Shown piece after piece: positions 25,868-35,500 of a DNA stretch of 64,000 bases. The stretch spans positions 3,400 to 67,399 of the forward strand of contig CALLUQ010000069.1 of NCBI GenBank assembly GCA_938010565.1, written 5' to 3'. A program made the translations under genes and the position numbers. Below the pieces are notes generated by a model. That model saw only the letters and a list, made by a program, of their open reading frames with translations, made no database searches and was not told the DNA's origin. Origin of the DNA: an uncultured Flavobacteriales bacterium. GTDB taxonomy: Bacteria; Bacteroidota; Bacteroidia; Flavobacteriales_D; CALLUQ01. Numbering within the stretch: the stretch's first letter is position 1; every line of letters starts with the position of its first letter.

Positions 25868-26410
25868 TCGTTTTTTTTGATAAAGGTACAAAATCCAAAA
25901 CCGGGGGTCAAAGTGTGTGCCTTACAGTCACACATATCCCGGCTACTAAAGATAGCCAAACAAGAAGCCTGATGGATGCAAGTTCCACCGGAAAAGGTGG
26001 TCAGGATCCCGTATTAAGTGGCAAGGGCAATGGAGGCGGAGAGTTTAATCCGAAGGAAGCAGGAGTGCAAACTCCGATTCTGACGAACAGGGTGTTAGAT
26101 TACTGCCGCGGCATAAAAATAAACCGGCCAAAAACCAAAACAAACCATCTTGATCCGCGTTTTAAAACAGGGATATTTTTACCAAAAAAACACGAAATTC
26201 ACCGATAAAGTACCTTAAAATCGCAACACCACAAAAACTCCCCAAACAACCCCGAGGAAGAATGAAGCTGCTTTTTCAGCAGCCTCCGGATAAAAGCATT
26301 AAACCCCATAACTCGTTACAAGTATCCACGCAAGCCCCGGGCAATTTATGATGAACGGAGGCATGCATAAGAAAAAGGAAGTGCAACGACAAGAATGGCT
26401 ATTTTACTCA

Positions 26411-27193
26411 CTATTTGATCCGAAGCCGGAAATGCTCAACGGCCTGTTCTGCTCTGAAAAAGACCAATCCAAATTGCCAGACATCGATCGTCTGGCGAAC
26501 TTTTTTGTGCGCTTTTATTTGTTTCCAAGCTTGTTCCATGCCAGGCGACCAGTGAATATCGTCGAAAACAAAAACCGTTTCGTTGTGTGCTTTTCCGATG
26601 CATGCATGGAAATAGTTCAGGGTTGCTTCTTCTTGGTGATGGCCGTCAAAATACACAAAATCGATCTGCTCCAGGTTGTGCAGCACCAAAGGCAATGTTG
26701 CTTGAAAATTACCTTCGCTTGTCCGAATGTTGGAGGCTTTATATTCGGCAAAAACTTCCCGGGCAATGGCAAGGGTTTGCGGACAACCTTCCAATGTATA
26801 TACCAGTGTGTTTTTTGAAGGAGCAGCAAGGTAAAGGGAAGTAATGCCCAGTGAAGTACCCAATTCGATAATGGAGCGGGGTTTTAGTTTATGCACCAAC
26901 CGGAAAAGCAACTGGCCGGCTTCGGGCGGCTGAACCGCAACGGAAGCAATCTTTCCTACCTTTCTTTTGTTGGATTTAAAAATACGGGAACCCGCACCAT
27001 AGTCTGTTACTTCCAGCATGCGCTCATCCTCCAGAAGCCGTTGTCGTATTTTTTCAATTTTATCCCAGGCATAATAGGGGTAGGAATCAGGCAAAATCTC
27101 TGAAACCAAATCGTATACAAAAGGGCTGTGAACCCTGTGGCGTGTTTTCGATTGCAAGCGATATTTCAGGTAGCTCAAAACTTGCCGCACCAC
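26411..27193 (-). CDS. class I SAM-dependent (O-)methyltransferase
   Basis: SAM-binding region SIIELGTSLGITSLYLA, plus TLEGCPQTLAIAREVF and DFVYFDGHH. GTG start. Confidence 0.8.
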   Translation of the reverse strand: MVRQVLSYLKYRLQSKTRHRVHSPFVYDLVSEILPDSYPYYAWDKIEKIRQRLLEDERMLEVTDYGAGSRIFKSNKRKVGKIASVAVQPPEAGQLLFRLVHKLKPRSIIELGTSLGITSLYLAAPSKNTLVYTLEGCPQTLAIAREVFAEYKASNIRTSEGNFQATLPLVLHNLEQIDFVYFDGHHQEEATLNYFHACIGKAHNETVFVFDDIHWSPGMEQAWKQIKAHKKVRQTIDVWQFGLVFFRAEQAVEHFRLRIK

Positions 27194-27268
27194 AAAAGCA
27201 GTAAAATTTCCAGTGTAAAGATAAGCGGAATCGGCGGGTTGTTACGTGAAAGGCAAAATTCTATCGGC

Positions 27269-27340
27269 GGCAAATGCATCTAAATTTTGAGTAGCCTTCC
27301 AATACGGATGATCCCATTCCGCTTTTTTCGTTTGGATTTT
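27269..27340 (-). repeat. ISAs1-type 3'-end repeat, copy B
   Basis: GGCAAATGCATCTAAATTTTGAGTAGCC...CGCTTTTTTCGTTTGGAT aligns by eye with copies at 11421-11500 and 57811-57890. Confidence 0.7.
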
Positions 27341-27464
27341 ACACGCATTTTCTAAGTACATGACAAAAAATAAATGCGTTGACTTTCAGAAAATAAAGCA
27401 TGAAAAAATTAGACTGAGTTGTTGACTTTCAGCATCGTGTAAAAATAAATATAATCTATTTTTC

Positions 27465-27626
27465 TAATGGAGACAACCTTCACATCTTAATGCCCGGCAT
27501 TGTGTACAAAGGGGTGGCTTTTCCCCTGCTCTTTACCATGCTCCCCAGGAGAGGGAACTCCAACACCTAAAAGCGGATAAAACCTCAATTATCCATATCA
27601 ATACTTTTTCGCACCATTAATCAATA
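27465..27626 (+). pseudogene. IS4-like DDE transposase internal fragment
   Basis: Reads NGDNLHILMPGIVYKGVAFPLLFTMLPRRGNSNT-stop-KRIKPQLSI. This resembles the INILMLxIVYxGVAFPLLWxxLxKxGNSNTxERI segment of Bacteroidota IS4-family transposases (from memory). It has no start and no downstream catalytic part. Confidence 0.65.
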
Positions 27627-27774
27627 GGCGATCTCACCCAGCAAAACAACGGCGAGTAAAAAAAGGTGCTTTTTTACAGATAACCGCAAACGGTTTGTTA
27701 CAGGTTCGGTTAAGATCTGCCTTTTTCAACCTATATTTGAGTACACAGGTTGCATCTATCCGGACAATGGTATT

Positions 27775-28722
27775 TTGAAAAAAAAGCTGGCTATATCCCT
27801 CCTTGTTATTCTGATCTGTACTACAGGTTGGGAGTGGATGGTAAACAAAGCGTTGCGCAACAGCCCTTTTGGCGAATTCAGAAAACTCACCCGTCTTTTT
27901 GAAGAACCTTTGGATGCTTCGGTTCTGATCCTGGGTTCTTCCCGCGCCGAATTGAATTTTAATCCGGAATGGCTGGCAACCGGAACGGGAAACAAAGTAT
28001 ACAATGGTGGCCTGACAGGAGCCAATCTTGTAGTCAGTAAAGCCATCCTGGCCCAAAGGCTGGCTCTGAACCACCCCATTCAAACCCTCATTCTCAATGT
28101 CGATCATTTCCTTTGGAGCAATGCCACGGTAGACCACCTCACAGATGGCTACCGTTATCTTCCTTATTTGAGGCATAGCCCCGTTTACACCCACCTTGCT
28201 GCCGGTTATCCTGAACTGCACGTGGCCCGATGGTTTGCACCTTATGCCGTTACCTGGATGGGCGACCGACAACTTTATCAGGCGTGGCGGGGCCATCGGA
28301 ACCGCCCTGTTAAAGTCGATGAAGAATGGAGCATTTCCACGGGCTTCCGGGTCATTCCACACCTGTTGGGCGATAACATGTTTGAAACAAAGGTAATGCC
28401 TGTTCCCGGCTGGGTTTCGATGTCGGAAGTTCAGGCATTGCACGATATTTATACCCTTTGTCAGGAAAACGGCATTCGGGTGTATACGGTTCTTTCTCCG
28501 GTTTACCGGGGCAAACTGGAACCTTTAAACCTCGACAGCGCCTGGAAGATTATGATGGAAACTGCTGTTCATTTTCAATCCCCGGTAATGGATTACTCCC
28601 ATTGGGAACACAATGGGAACAAGGACCTTTTTTATGACGACATCCACCTGAACCCCGATGGAGCCCGTTTGTTCAATGCCCAATTCAGTTCCGATTTTCG
28701 GTCGCTTACGGGAACGGAATGA
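27775..28722 (+). CDS. membrane-anchored SGNH/DltD-like protein
   Basis: N-terminal anchor MKKKLAISLLVILICTTGW. Contains LILGSSRAE (GSS block) and the C-terminal FYDDIHLNPDGARLF (DxxH block). TTG start. Confidence 0.55.
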   Translation: MKKKLAISLLVILICTTGWEWMVNKALRNSPFGEFRKLTRLFEEPLDASVLILGSSRAELNFNPEWLATGTGNKVYNGGLTGANLVVSKAILAQRLALNHPIQTLILNVDHFLWSNATVDHLTDGYRYLPYLRHSPVYTHLAAGYPELHVARWFAPYAVTWMGDRQLYQAWRGHRNRPVKVDEEWSISTGFRVIPHLLGDNMFETKVMPVPGWVSMSEVQALHDIYTLCQENGIRVYTVLSPVYRGKLEPLNLDSAWKIMMETAVHFQSPVMDYSHWEHNGNKDLFYDDIHLNPDGARLFNAQFSSDFRSLTGTE

Positions 28723-28727
28723 AGGGT

Positions 28728-30308
28728 TTACTCCAACCGATAGAATGCCCCGCCGGAGTAGATGAAAAGGGGTTTCCGAAGGAATTCCGGTTCAGAGCTG
28801 TCTAGTGTAATCCGGTTGTTTTCGTGTACTGTGTAAAGATACAAAGGGGAAACCTTGTTCCATTTTACAATGGACTGCGGGTTGGCGAGCCTGAAATGTA
28901 TCTTTTTGCGGGTCATCTTCCATGTTACTCCATGCTCTGCCTCACACAACGCTTGCCGGAACAATGGGGTGATCTGGCCCTTTTTTAATCCGGCACGTAA
29001 ACATACCGCTTCCGTAAGCCCATTGCGAAACAAGTAAGCTCCGCAGTAATTGTCGGGTTGGTTAAAGAGGTGTATGTCAAAGCCTTCTTCCAGCTGAGGG
29101 GCCAGGTGAGCGATGGCATTTTCACTGATATCATGAGAAATGGCCCAGTTTTGATTGATTTGAAAGGTAAGCATACCGAACAACACCAACACGGGTGTTG
29201 CCACCCATTTAACGTGTTTCCCGGCCAGTAACCAGATGATCCAGACCATTGCAACGGATGCAAACAACAAAGGGAAATAACTGTACCGGTCTGATTGTAT
29301 ACTCCCCATCGATGTCATTTCGAGCGGCAGTACCGGCAACAATGCTATTGCGGTAATTCCTATCCAAACGGCTCCTGAACGCCTATTAAAGCGCTGGTAA
29401 ACGGGCAGTTGCAACGCCATTTTTTGTGCTACAACAACATACACAGCAATCGCCAGCAAAAGTATGGACACCAGAATGGCTGCAGCTTTCGGCCCGGTTG
29501 CATCCATTAAAAAGCGAGCCATCACAAAAAATTTAGCCATATACGCTGCGGCATGGGTGGCCCATACATTAATATCGGGATGGAAGTGAACGGTTGCTCC
29601 ATACCCTCCTATCCATTCGCCTAACGTAAAAAAACGAGCCCAGATGTAGATCCCAACAGGAAAAACCCAGAGCAAGTGTATTTTTCGGGTTACCGGAGAA
29701 AACCGGCGATTGCGCAACATTTCCATTCCCAGGATAATCAGCGGAAGCGTTAGCGCCATTTCTTTGCAGAACATGGCCAACATCCCAAAAAGAAAAACCG
29801 GGATCAGATGTTTGTTCGCCTTTGAACGGATGTATTTTTCCCACTCTATCAAAGCGAGCAAACTGAAAAGGGTACACCACAAATAAGCCCTCGAAGCCAA
29901 CCATACCACTCCTTCGGTCTGGTAAGGGTTGAGCAGAAAAAAGGCCCCGCTGATGGCTGCTATTTCAAATACTTGTTTTGGTTTTACCGGGGTATGTTGC
30001 AAAAAACGTTTCAGGAAAACGAAGAGAAGAAAAGCATTCAGCACGTGTATACCGTATTGCACCAAACGAAAACCGACAGCATGATCGCCAAATATTTTGA
30101 ATTGGAAAAAGGCAATGGTGTGTGTGAGCGGTAAATAGAAATAATCGTGAAAATTGGAGCTGAAAATTTGCCAGTTTTCCGTATGGCATTGCCAGATAAA
30201 ACGAAAACCATCGGACAAAAAGCCAATCCGGAAAGTTTGCAGGTATACCAGCGTAAATAAAACCAGGTAAGCCAGAACGGTATAAAGCGACATTCGTCGT
30301 TGAAGCAT
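28728..30308 (-). CDS. polytopic membrane protein, PMT/TMTC-like GT-C glycosyltransferase fold (putative)
   Basis: More than 10 hydrophobic segments. LNPYQTEGVVWLASRAYLWCTLFSLLAL resembles the HPxxTEAVxxIxGRxxLL segment of bacterial PMT_2/TMTC-like proteins. The first loop has FLSDGFRF. No TPR tail. Confidence 0.55.
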   Translation of the reverse strand: MLQRRMSLYTVLAYLVLFTLVYLQTFRIGFLSDGFRFIWQCHTENWQIFSSNFHDYFYLPLTHTIAFFQFKIFGDHAVGFRLVQYGIHVLNAFLLFVFLKRFLQHTPVKPKQVFEIAAISGAFFLLNPYQTEGVVWLASRAYLWCTLFSLLALIEWEKYIRSKANKHLIPVFLFGMLAMFCKEMALTLPLIILGMEMLRNRRFSPVTRKIHLLWVFPVGIYIWARFFTLGEWIGGYGATVHFHPDINVWATHAAAYMAKFFVMARFLMDATGPKAAAILVSILLLAIAVYVVVAQKMALQLPVYQRFNRRSGAVWIGITAIALLPVLPLEMTSMGSIQSDRYSYFPLLFASVAMVWIIWLLAGKHVKWVATPVLVLFGMLTFQINQNWAISHDISENAIAHLAPQLEEGFDIHLFNQPDNYCGAYLFRNGLTEAVCLRAGLKKGQITPLFRQALCEAEHGVTWKMTRKKIHFRLANPQSIVKWNKVSPLYLYTVHENNRITLDSSEPEFLRKPLFIYSGGAFYRLE

Positions 30309-30335
30309 GGATGAAAAATAGGGATTTTCGGGCGG

Positions 30336-33300
30336 TTAACGTATCAGGTACATCTTTCCCATTCCTTTGTGGAAATATCGGGCTGCAGCCGTGGAGCGTA
30401 CTTCCACATCTTCGAGGTTATCATCCCGTACAACTACCCGGTAAAGGTATACCCCAATGGCAAGGCGATCGCCAAATTCATCGGTGCCATCCCAGGCAAA
30501 GTCGGTGATGTTGCGTCCTATTCTCAAGGTTCCCAATTCATCTTGTGTAATTTCTCTGACCACTCTTCCGGTTACGGTCATGATCTGAATTTTAAAAAAC
30601 GGCGGGGGCTCGGAGCCGGTCAGGGTAAACACAAATCGGGTACGGGTACTGAACGGGTTCGGATAGTTCAATACTTCTGTCACCGTACTTCGGGTAATGA
30701 TCTCAAAGTGAATAATATAATCCACATTGCCGGAAGCATTGCCCGATTTATCGCTGGCACGTACCCGGAGTTGGTACACTCCGTCTTGTGTAAAGGTAGG
30801 ATGATACCCGATCTTGCATTTGTTATCCGAAGCGGCAGCAGGTATAAAAAGCAAATCGTTTTTGCCTGTGCCATCCTTAAAATAAAGCCGGGATGGATGG
30901 CCATCGGGATCCGAAAGGTATACCTCAAAATTGGCGGTGTCTACTTCTTCGTTCAAGATGAGATATGGGTTTTCATCGTCGAGCGAGATCAAAATATCCG
31001 GAGTGGCCGATACCACCTCTCCGTCCATGATGTGGATGCCATCAAAAGTAACATCCAAAACCGGATTGATCCGATCTGACTCAACCAGGAGGGCTTTCAC
31101 CGCCAGGTTGTTAAAATGGTATTGTTCCAACTGATCGTAAAAACCGGTGAGCGAATCTACGGGGTTGACTTCCATCCAGAGAAAATTGGTGCCCGCCAAG
31201 CCTACCGTATTCAGCCTTATGGTATCGTACAATATTGTTCCTGCCAGCAAGGGCGCTTGTCGGTTGTAAGGCACTTCATGGCGGATGCGGTTTTTATCTT
31301 CCACCCAGTAATGCACCAGCAAACTGTCCATATCAAATTCGCTTATGTTCTCAATGGCAATACCAAAGTTTACCGGCTCACCCTCCTGTACGGTATCTGC
31401 ATGGAATACATTTCCTGCAGTCGGGTTCAAGGCTGCTTCGGGTACGGGGTCAAAAACCAGTTGCCACCGTTGCATTTGCGATGGAGTCAGCAGGGAATCA
31501 TCGGCCGAAAACATTTCCAGTCTTGCATAAGGGTAATCTTCCGCATCGATGAATTGGTCCAGGTCGATCACCGAATCTGCATGCAGCGGCCATTCTGCCA
31601 ACCGGATCTCCTGGCCAGATGCTTTTTTACCGATAAGCCGGATTGTGGTACTGTCGGATGTGTTCTGCTCCCGGGCTTTTGCTTCCCAGTGCAAAGCCCT
31701 CCAGCGACGCGATGGCCCGGCCACCTCCGAAGTAATTGTTCCGAAGGGGTAACTGGCAAACATGTTCTCCGTAAGTGTGATATCCTCATAGGGGGTGTTC
31801 CCGTAAATTTCAACGGCAGTGCCCGATGTTCCCTTTTTAACAAAAAAAATGTAAGGCACACTGTCGAGTGCCGGCAGGTGATGGGCGCCCAGGTTTTGCA
31901 GGGTGTTCAAAATGGGCGGGTACAACGTATCCAGAAGAGACCGATCTAAAAAGCCCCAGGTCCAGAGGGCAATGTATTGTCCGTTTTCCACGGTATGGTT
32001 GATGAGCGAATCCATAGCCGCCATGCTCGTTGCATCGTGTTGTCGGTACACAAAATAACCTTCCGGCCGGTGGCGGGTGTTGCACCCCGTTCCGTTGTTC
32101 TCGTTCCCAAATTGGTGATCGGCATTGGCCCATTGTGTATTTGCCGGCGGGTTTAAAGGCCCGTAAGTATACCATGGATCCAGTGTTACCGAATCGATGA
32201 TGGCCAGATGAAAACTTTGGAAGGATAAAAAAGTCTGATTAGTAATGTTGCATCCGTGTCCGTCTATCCAGGCACCATCTATGCTGTAACCCGTTTGCTC
32301 AAAATCGCTTCCGTCGAGTGCAAAATCGCTGGTGTCCCAGCCATGGGTGGAAACTTGCAAAGCTTTGGATGCCGGTACAAAATCGAAGGTGCGGTTGGTG
32401 GCGGTCCGGTGGTAACCGATCAGGTTAAAGTTGTTGTTTTTAAATTGGAAATAATGGGCCTGGCCCCAGCCACGACGCCCTTTGATGTACTGAAAGGAAC
32501 TTTCCTTCCAACTGGTATCTTCGGCTACCCGCCAAAAATAAACGGTAGAGTCGGTTAGCTGCAGCGTGTCTCCGTTACTGCGTACCGGCACCCAGCTTAC
32601 CACCCCTCCGGGTGCATTTATGGTGGCCGGTATTTTAAACGGAGTGTTGAACTCATCCGTGGTATCCAGTTCAAAAATGTACGTCTTATTTTCTCCTGAT
32701 ACATCTCCCGATGAAGCTTTGAGCACCACCTTCGCGTCAGGCACAATGGCATATTCGTAAGGATAAACGGGAACAATGCCTCCGGTTGAGATCAACAAGC
32801 TTTTTTTATAAACGGCATTATTAACCTCCTCATATCCCATGATTTCCGTGATAAGGTTGGGGATATCGACAAATACATCAAACTCATTCAGGCCCTGTCC
32901 TCGCACCTCATCTACCGGAATACGGAAAACCACAGTATCCCGAAAATGAAGCCGGGGCAATAACTTTGAGTAGGATGCTACATGACCGTCGGGCAAATGG
33001 TGCTCCACCCGCACCTGAAAAGGATCCGTTACACTTTTGCCCCGGTTGGCTACCACTATATGGACATCGAAAGAGTCAACATAGGTGTTAATGGTGGGGG
33101 GATCAAAGTAAATGCGGGATGCGCTGATGTCGAGATCGGGCTTGTCGGGCGAATGGATCTTTAGAGCCGGATCGCCCTGGAGGGTCATGGAGGTACAAAT
33201 GTTTTCGATCTGAAAAGGGAAACCGGTAGACGCCAGGTCGCCGATGGTTTTTTGCATTTGCGTTCCGATGGAAGTGCCATAGCTGCGATGGGCCATGTTG

Positions 33301-35498
33301 GCGTAGAGGTTCAGCGAGTATTGGTAAAGGTATATATCCAGGGCTTGTTTCACACTGGCAATAAAACCGATCATGCCCCGGTTGGGGAGGTTTACCCAAG
33401 TTTCGCTGGTGGAGTTGTTGGTAAAATGATGCATATCGCCCGAGTAGCAAGAATTGCCAATGACCAGGGGGTATTTGCCAAAGTTGTCGTAATTGGCGGG
33501 GTTGTCGATGCTCTGATCGAAACCCGAACCGGAAGCATGTCCGAAGAAAGTCATCACGGAAACACCGCTTTCGATCAACTCTTCCACCGAATCGGACAGG
33601 TTGACCTCTATGGGTACCGAAGATTCTTTCAGGAAGGTGTGCACATTTCCTCCAAAAAGGGAGTCTTCAATAATGGACTCAAACTGTGCAAGATAACCTG
33701 CAAAAGAAGCCTGTTCCGATGGAGTGGCCCCTCCGCCGAAATGCAACAGTCGTTTTCGCCACTCTGCCAGGGGCGCATTTTCAAACGCATCCACTTTGTT
33801 TTTATAGTCGATGATCTGGCTGCCCTGAACCGCCGATAAGCGACCAATGGGAAATTCCGGCACCAGATCGCCCATGGTATCCAGATCCGTTACATATAAA
33901 ATATCGGAACAGGGATAACCATAGGAAGGAACGAGGTTGTTGGCGTAGTGGGTGGTATTGGATCGTGAAAAGACGTTGTGCGGTTCGCCGGCTGCTTGTA
34001 TGGATTTTCCAAGAATAAAGGCATACGATGGAGGCGTAGGAAAATTATACCAGGCAAACCGGAGGAATTTTTTAATGCCTTCGGGGTGTTTTACGATGCC
34101 GGCTCCGAACTGATGATACAGTTCTTCCACATCTACCAAAAGGGTGTTGTATCCCATCTGATCGCGATAATTTGCATATACCAGCGCATCGTTCCGGAGC
34201 GAGGGATGGGTAAGGATGATGTAGGCCGAATCCAGATTGATCTGTAAAAAATCCGAAAAATATCCTCCATCGTTTGTAACCGGAGTAATGGCTGCTTCCG
34301 AAAGGGAAATAATGTGGGAATCATCGGTCAGATAACACCGGATATCTTGCCCGTTCAGGTTGGGTACTACCGCATCAAAAGTGCTTCCGCTGGCCACCAG
34401 AGGGATCCGCCTTGTGTGGCCTTCCGGATCGGCATACAACAGGGGGGTAGTTCCGGCAAAGTTGGAAAAACGGATGTGTGATTTTGGGCTTGTGGTGTTG
34501 TGGGGCACTTCCAGTTCGTACGTCCATTGGTTTTCCATATCCCAGGTATGGGGATAACGGATCGTAATGCAGGATGGCGCAAGGTGACCGGCAGCACCGG
34601 AGATGTTATGCACAGAGGTGTACGCTGTAAAATGCCCGTTGAAGGTGGCGGTTAAACCGGCATTGGGCACATTAAATTGTTTTTTGATGAGTGCATACCC
34701 TTTGAACAGGGTATCGAGTGCTACGTTGGCGTTTGCTCCCCAGCTTAATTCGATGTGTTGATTATCGGCGCCTCCTATATTGGTTTGAGGATCGTTTTTG
34801 GTGGCACAGATCATTTCTACCCAGGCATCGGGGCCACCGGCAAAATGATGGCTTGTACTCACGGATCTGGTTCGTGTATTCCCCGTTGGCAGGCTTTGAA
34901 AAAAGCCATCGAACCAACCCTCTCCGGCTGTAATTTTGGGGCTGGAAATGGTATTTTGAATGGCGCCAAAATAATACTGGTGGTGTGCTTCCCAATGGCG
35001 GGTATCCCAGAAATAATCGGCCTGGGCGTAATTCCCGAATTGTACGTCTGTTTCAACGGTCATGCGCAAAGGAGGAGTTCCGCTTTTGTGCAGGCTCAGG
35101 TAATACGTTAACGTATCGTTGTAAAGGCTGTAGTACGGATTGTTCCGGTCGTCGGGATCTTCGTAGATCTCCGTATCGTACCAGCCATCGTTGCGGCGTG
35201 CAAAAAACTCAACATAATCGTTGCCATCAAAAGAGCCGTCTGCTTCGCCTTCTACATGAATGGCCAGTTGTTTTTGCTTGCCAAACATCATAATATCCTG
35301 TGGGTTTACCGCGGCAAGTGAAATGCCGGCTTTGGCCAACGCTGCATGCATGGCAGCCGAATCAATGCGGTAAATGCCGTCCTGAACGATGTTGATCCTG
35401 AGGTATTGCTGGTCATACCTGATCCATTCATTCCCAAATTGCGAAAAGGCCGGAATGGTAAAAGAGAACAGCAGCAGGACGAACGGTAATCGTTTCAA
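30336..35498 (-). CDS. C25-family cysteine peptidase, PorU-like T9SS sortase homolog (1720 aa) with its own T9SS C-terminal domain
   Basis: Signal peptide MKRLPFVLLLFSFTIPAFSQ and a PorU-like N-terminus (NEWIRYDQQYLRINIVQDGIYRI). Catalytic-type dyad FFGHASGSG (His codon 33537-33539) and VIGNSCYSGD (Cys codon 33447-33449). The C-terminus NYPNPFSTRTRFVF...GVYLYRVVV is a T9SS/FlgD-Ig-type CTD. Confidence 0.8.
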   Translation of the reverse strand: MKRLPFVLLLFSFTIPAFSQFGNEWIRYDQQYLRINIVQDGIYRIDSAAMHAALAKAGISLAAVNPQDIMMFGKQKQLAIHVEGEADGSFDGNDYVEFFARRNDGWYDTEIYEDPDDRNNPYYSLYNDTLTYYLSLHKSGTPPLRMTVETDVQFGNYAQADYFWDTRHWEAHHQYYFGAIQNTISSPKITAGEGWFDGFFQSLPTGNTRTRSVSTSHHFAGGPDAWVEMICATKNDPQTNIGGADNQHIELSWGANANVALDTLFKGYALIKKQFNVPNAGLTATFNGHFTAYTSVHNISGAAGHLAPSCITIRYPHTWDMENQWTYELEVPHNTTSPKSHIRFSNFAGTTPLLYADPEGHTRRIPLVASGSTFDAVVPNLNGQDIRCYLTDDSHIISLSEAAITPVTNDGGYFSDFLQINLDSAYIILTHPSLRNDALVYANYRDQMGYNTLLVDVEELYHQFGAGIVKHPEGIKKFLRFAWYNFPTPPSYAFILGKSIQAAGEPHNVFSRSNTTHYANNLVPSYGYPCSDILYVTDLDTMGDLVPEFPIGRLSAVQGSQIIDYKNKVDAFENAPLAEWRKRLLHFGGGATPSEQASFAGYLAQFESIIEDSLFGGNVHTFLKESSVPIEVNLSDSVEELIESGVSVMTFFGHASGSGFDQSIDNPANYDNFGKYPLVIGNSCYSGDMHHFTNNSTSETWVNLPNRGMIGFIASVKQALDIYLYQYSLNLYANMAHRSYGTSIGTQMQKTIGDLASTGFPFQIENICTSMTLQGDPALKIHSPDKPDLDISASRIYFDPPTINTYVDSFDVHIVVANRGKSVTDPFQVRVEHHLPDGHVASYSKLLPRLHFRDTVVFRIPVDEVRGQGLNEFDVFVDIPNLITEIMGYEEVNNAVYKKSLLISTGGIVPVYPYEYAIVPDAKVVLKASSGDVSGENKTYIFELDTTDEFNTPFKIPATINAPGGVVSWVPVRSNGDTLQLTDSTVYFWRVAEDTSWKESSFQYIKGRRGWGQAHYFQFKNNNFNLIGYHRTATNRTFDFVPASKALQVSTHGWDTSDFALDGSDFEQTGYSIDGAWIDGHGCNITNQTFLSFQSFHLAIIDSVTLDPWYTYGPLNPPANTQWANADHQFGNENNGTGCNTRHRPEGYFVYRQHDATSMAAMDSLINHTVENGQYIALWTWGFLDRSLLDTLYPPILNTLQNLGAHHLPALDSVPYIFFVKKGTSGTAVEIYGNTPYEDITLTENMFASYPFGTITSEVAGPSRRWRALHWEAKAREQNTSDSTTIRLIGKKASGQEIRLAEWPLHADSVIDLDQFIDAEDYPYARLEMFSADDSLLTPSQMQRWQLVFDPVPEAALNPTAGNVFHADTVQEGEPVNFGIAIENISEFDMDSLLVHYWVEDKNRIRHEVPYNRQAPLLAGTILYDTIRLNTVGLAGTNFLWMEVNPVDSLTGFYDQLEQYHFNNLAVKALLVESDRINPVLDVTFDGIHIMDGEVVSATPDILISLDDENPYLILNEEVDTANFEVYLSDPDGHPSRLYFKDGTGKNDLLFIPAAASDNKCKIGYHPTFTQDGVYQLRVRASDKSGNASGNVDYIIHFEIITRSTVTEVLNYPNPFSTRTRFVFTLTGSEPPPFFKIQIMTVTGRVVREITQDELGTLRIGRNITDFAWDGTDEFGDRLAIGVYLYRVVVRDDNLEDVEVRSTAAARYFHKGMGKMYLIR

Positions 35499-35500
35499 AA

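Noticed and set aside
25901-26135. Possible RNase P RNA or SRP RNA
   Set aside because: Short stretches resemble RNase P conserved regions in the right order (GGCAAGGGCAAUGG, GUUUAAUCCGAAGGAAGCAGG, UAGAUUACUGCC, AAACCGGCC). However, the universally conserved GGAAAGUCCGGGC/P4 element is absent. UCCGAAGGAAGCAG resembles SRP helix 8, but its loop is one nt short and the long closing helix is missing. It is kept only as an unclassified candidate.
27634-28443. 269-aa minus-strand ORF opposite the SGNH-like gene
   Set aside because: The plus-strand ORF has an N-terminal membrane anchor and GSS/DxxH blocks. The minus-strand product looks random and begins in IS debris.
31116-31949. 277-aa plus-strand ORF, with similar ones at 30369-31079, 33252-33839 and 35564-36286, antisense to the PorU-like and PorV-like genes
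   Set aside because: These are shadow ORFs inside long, motif-supported minus-strand genes.
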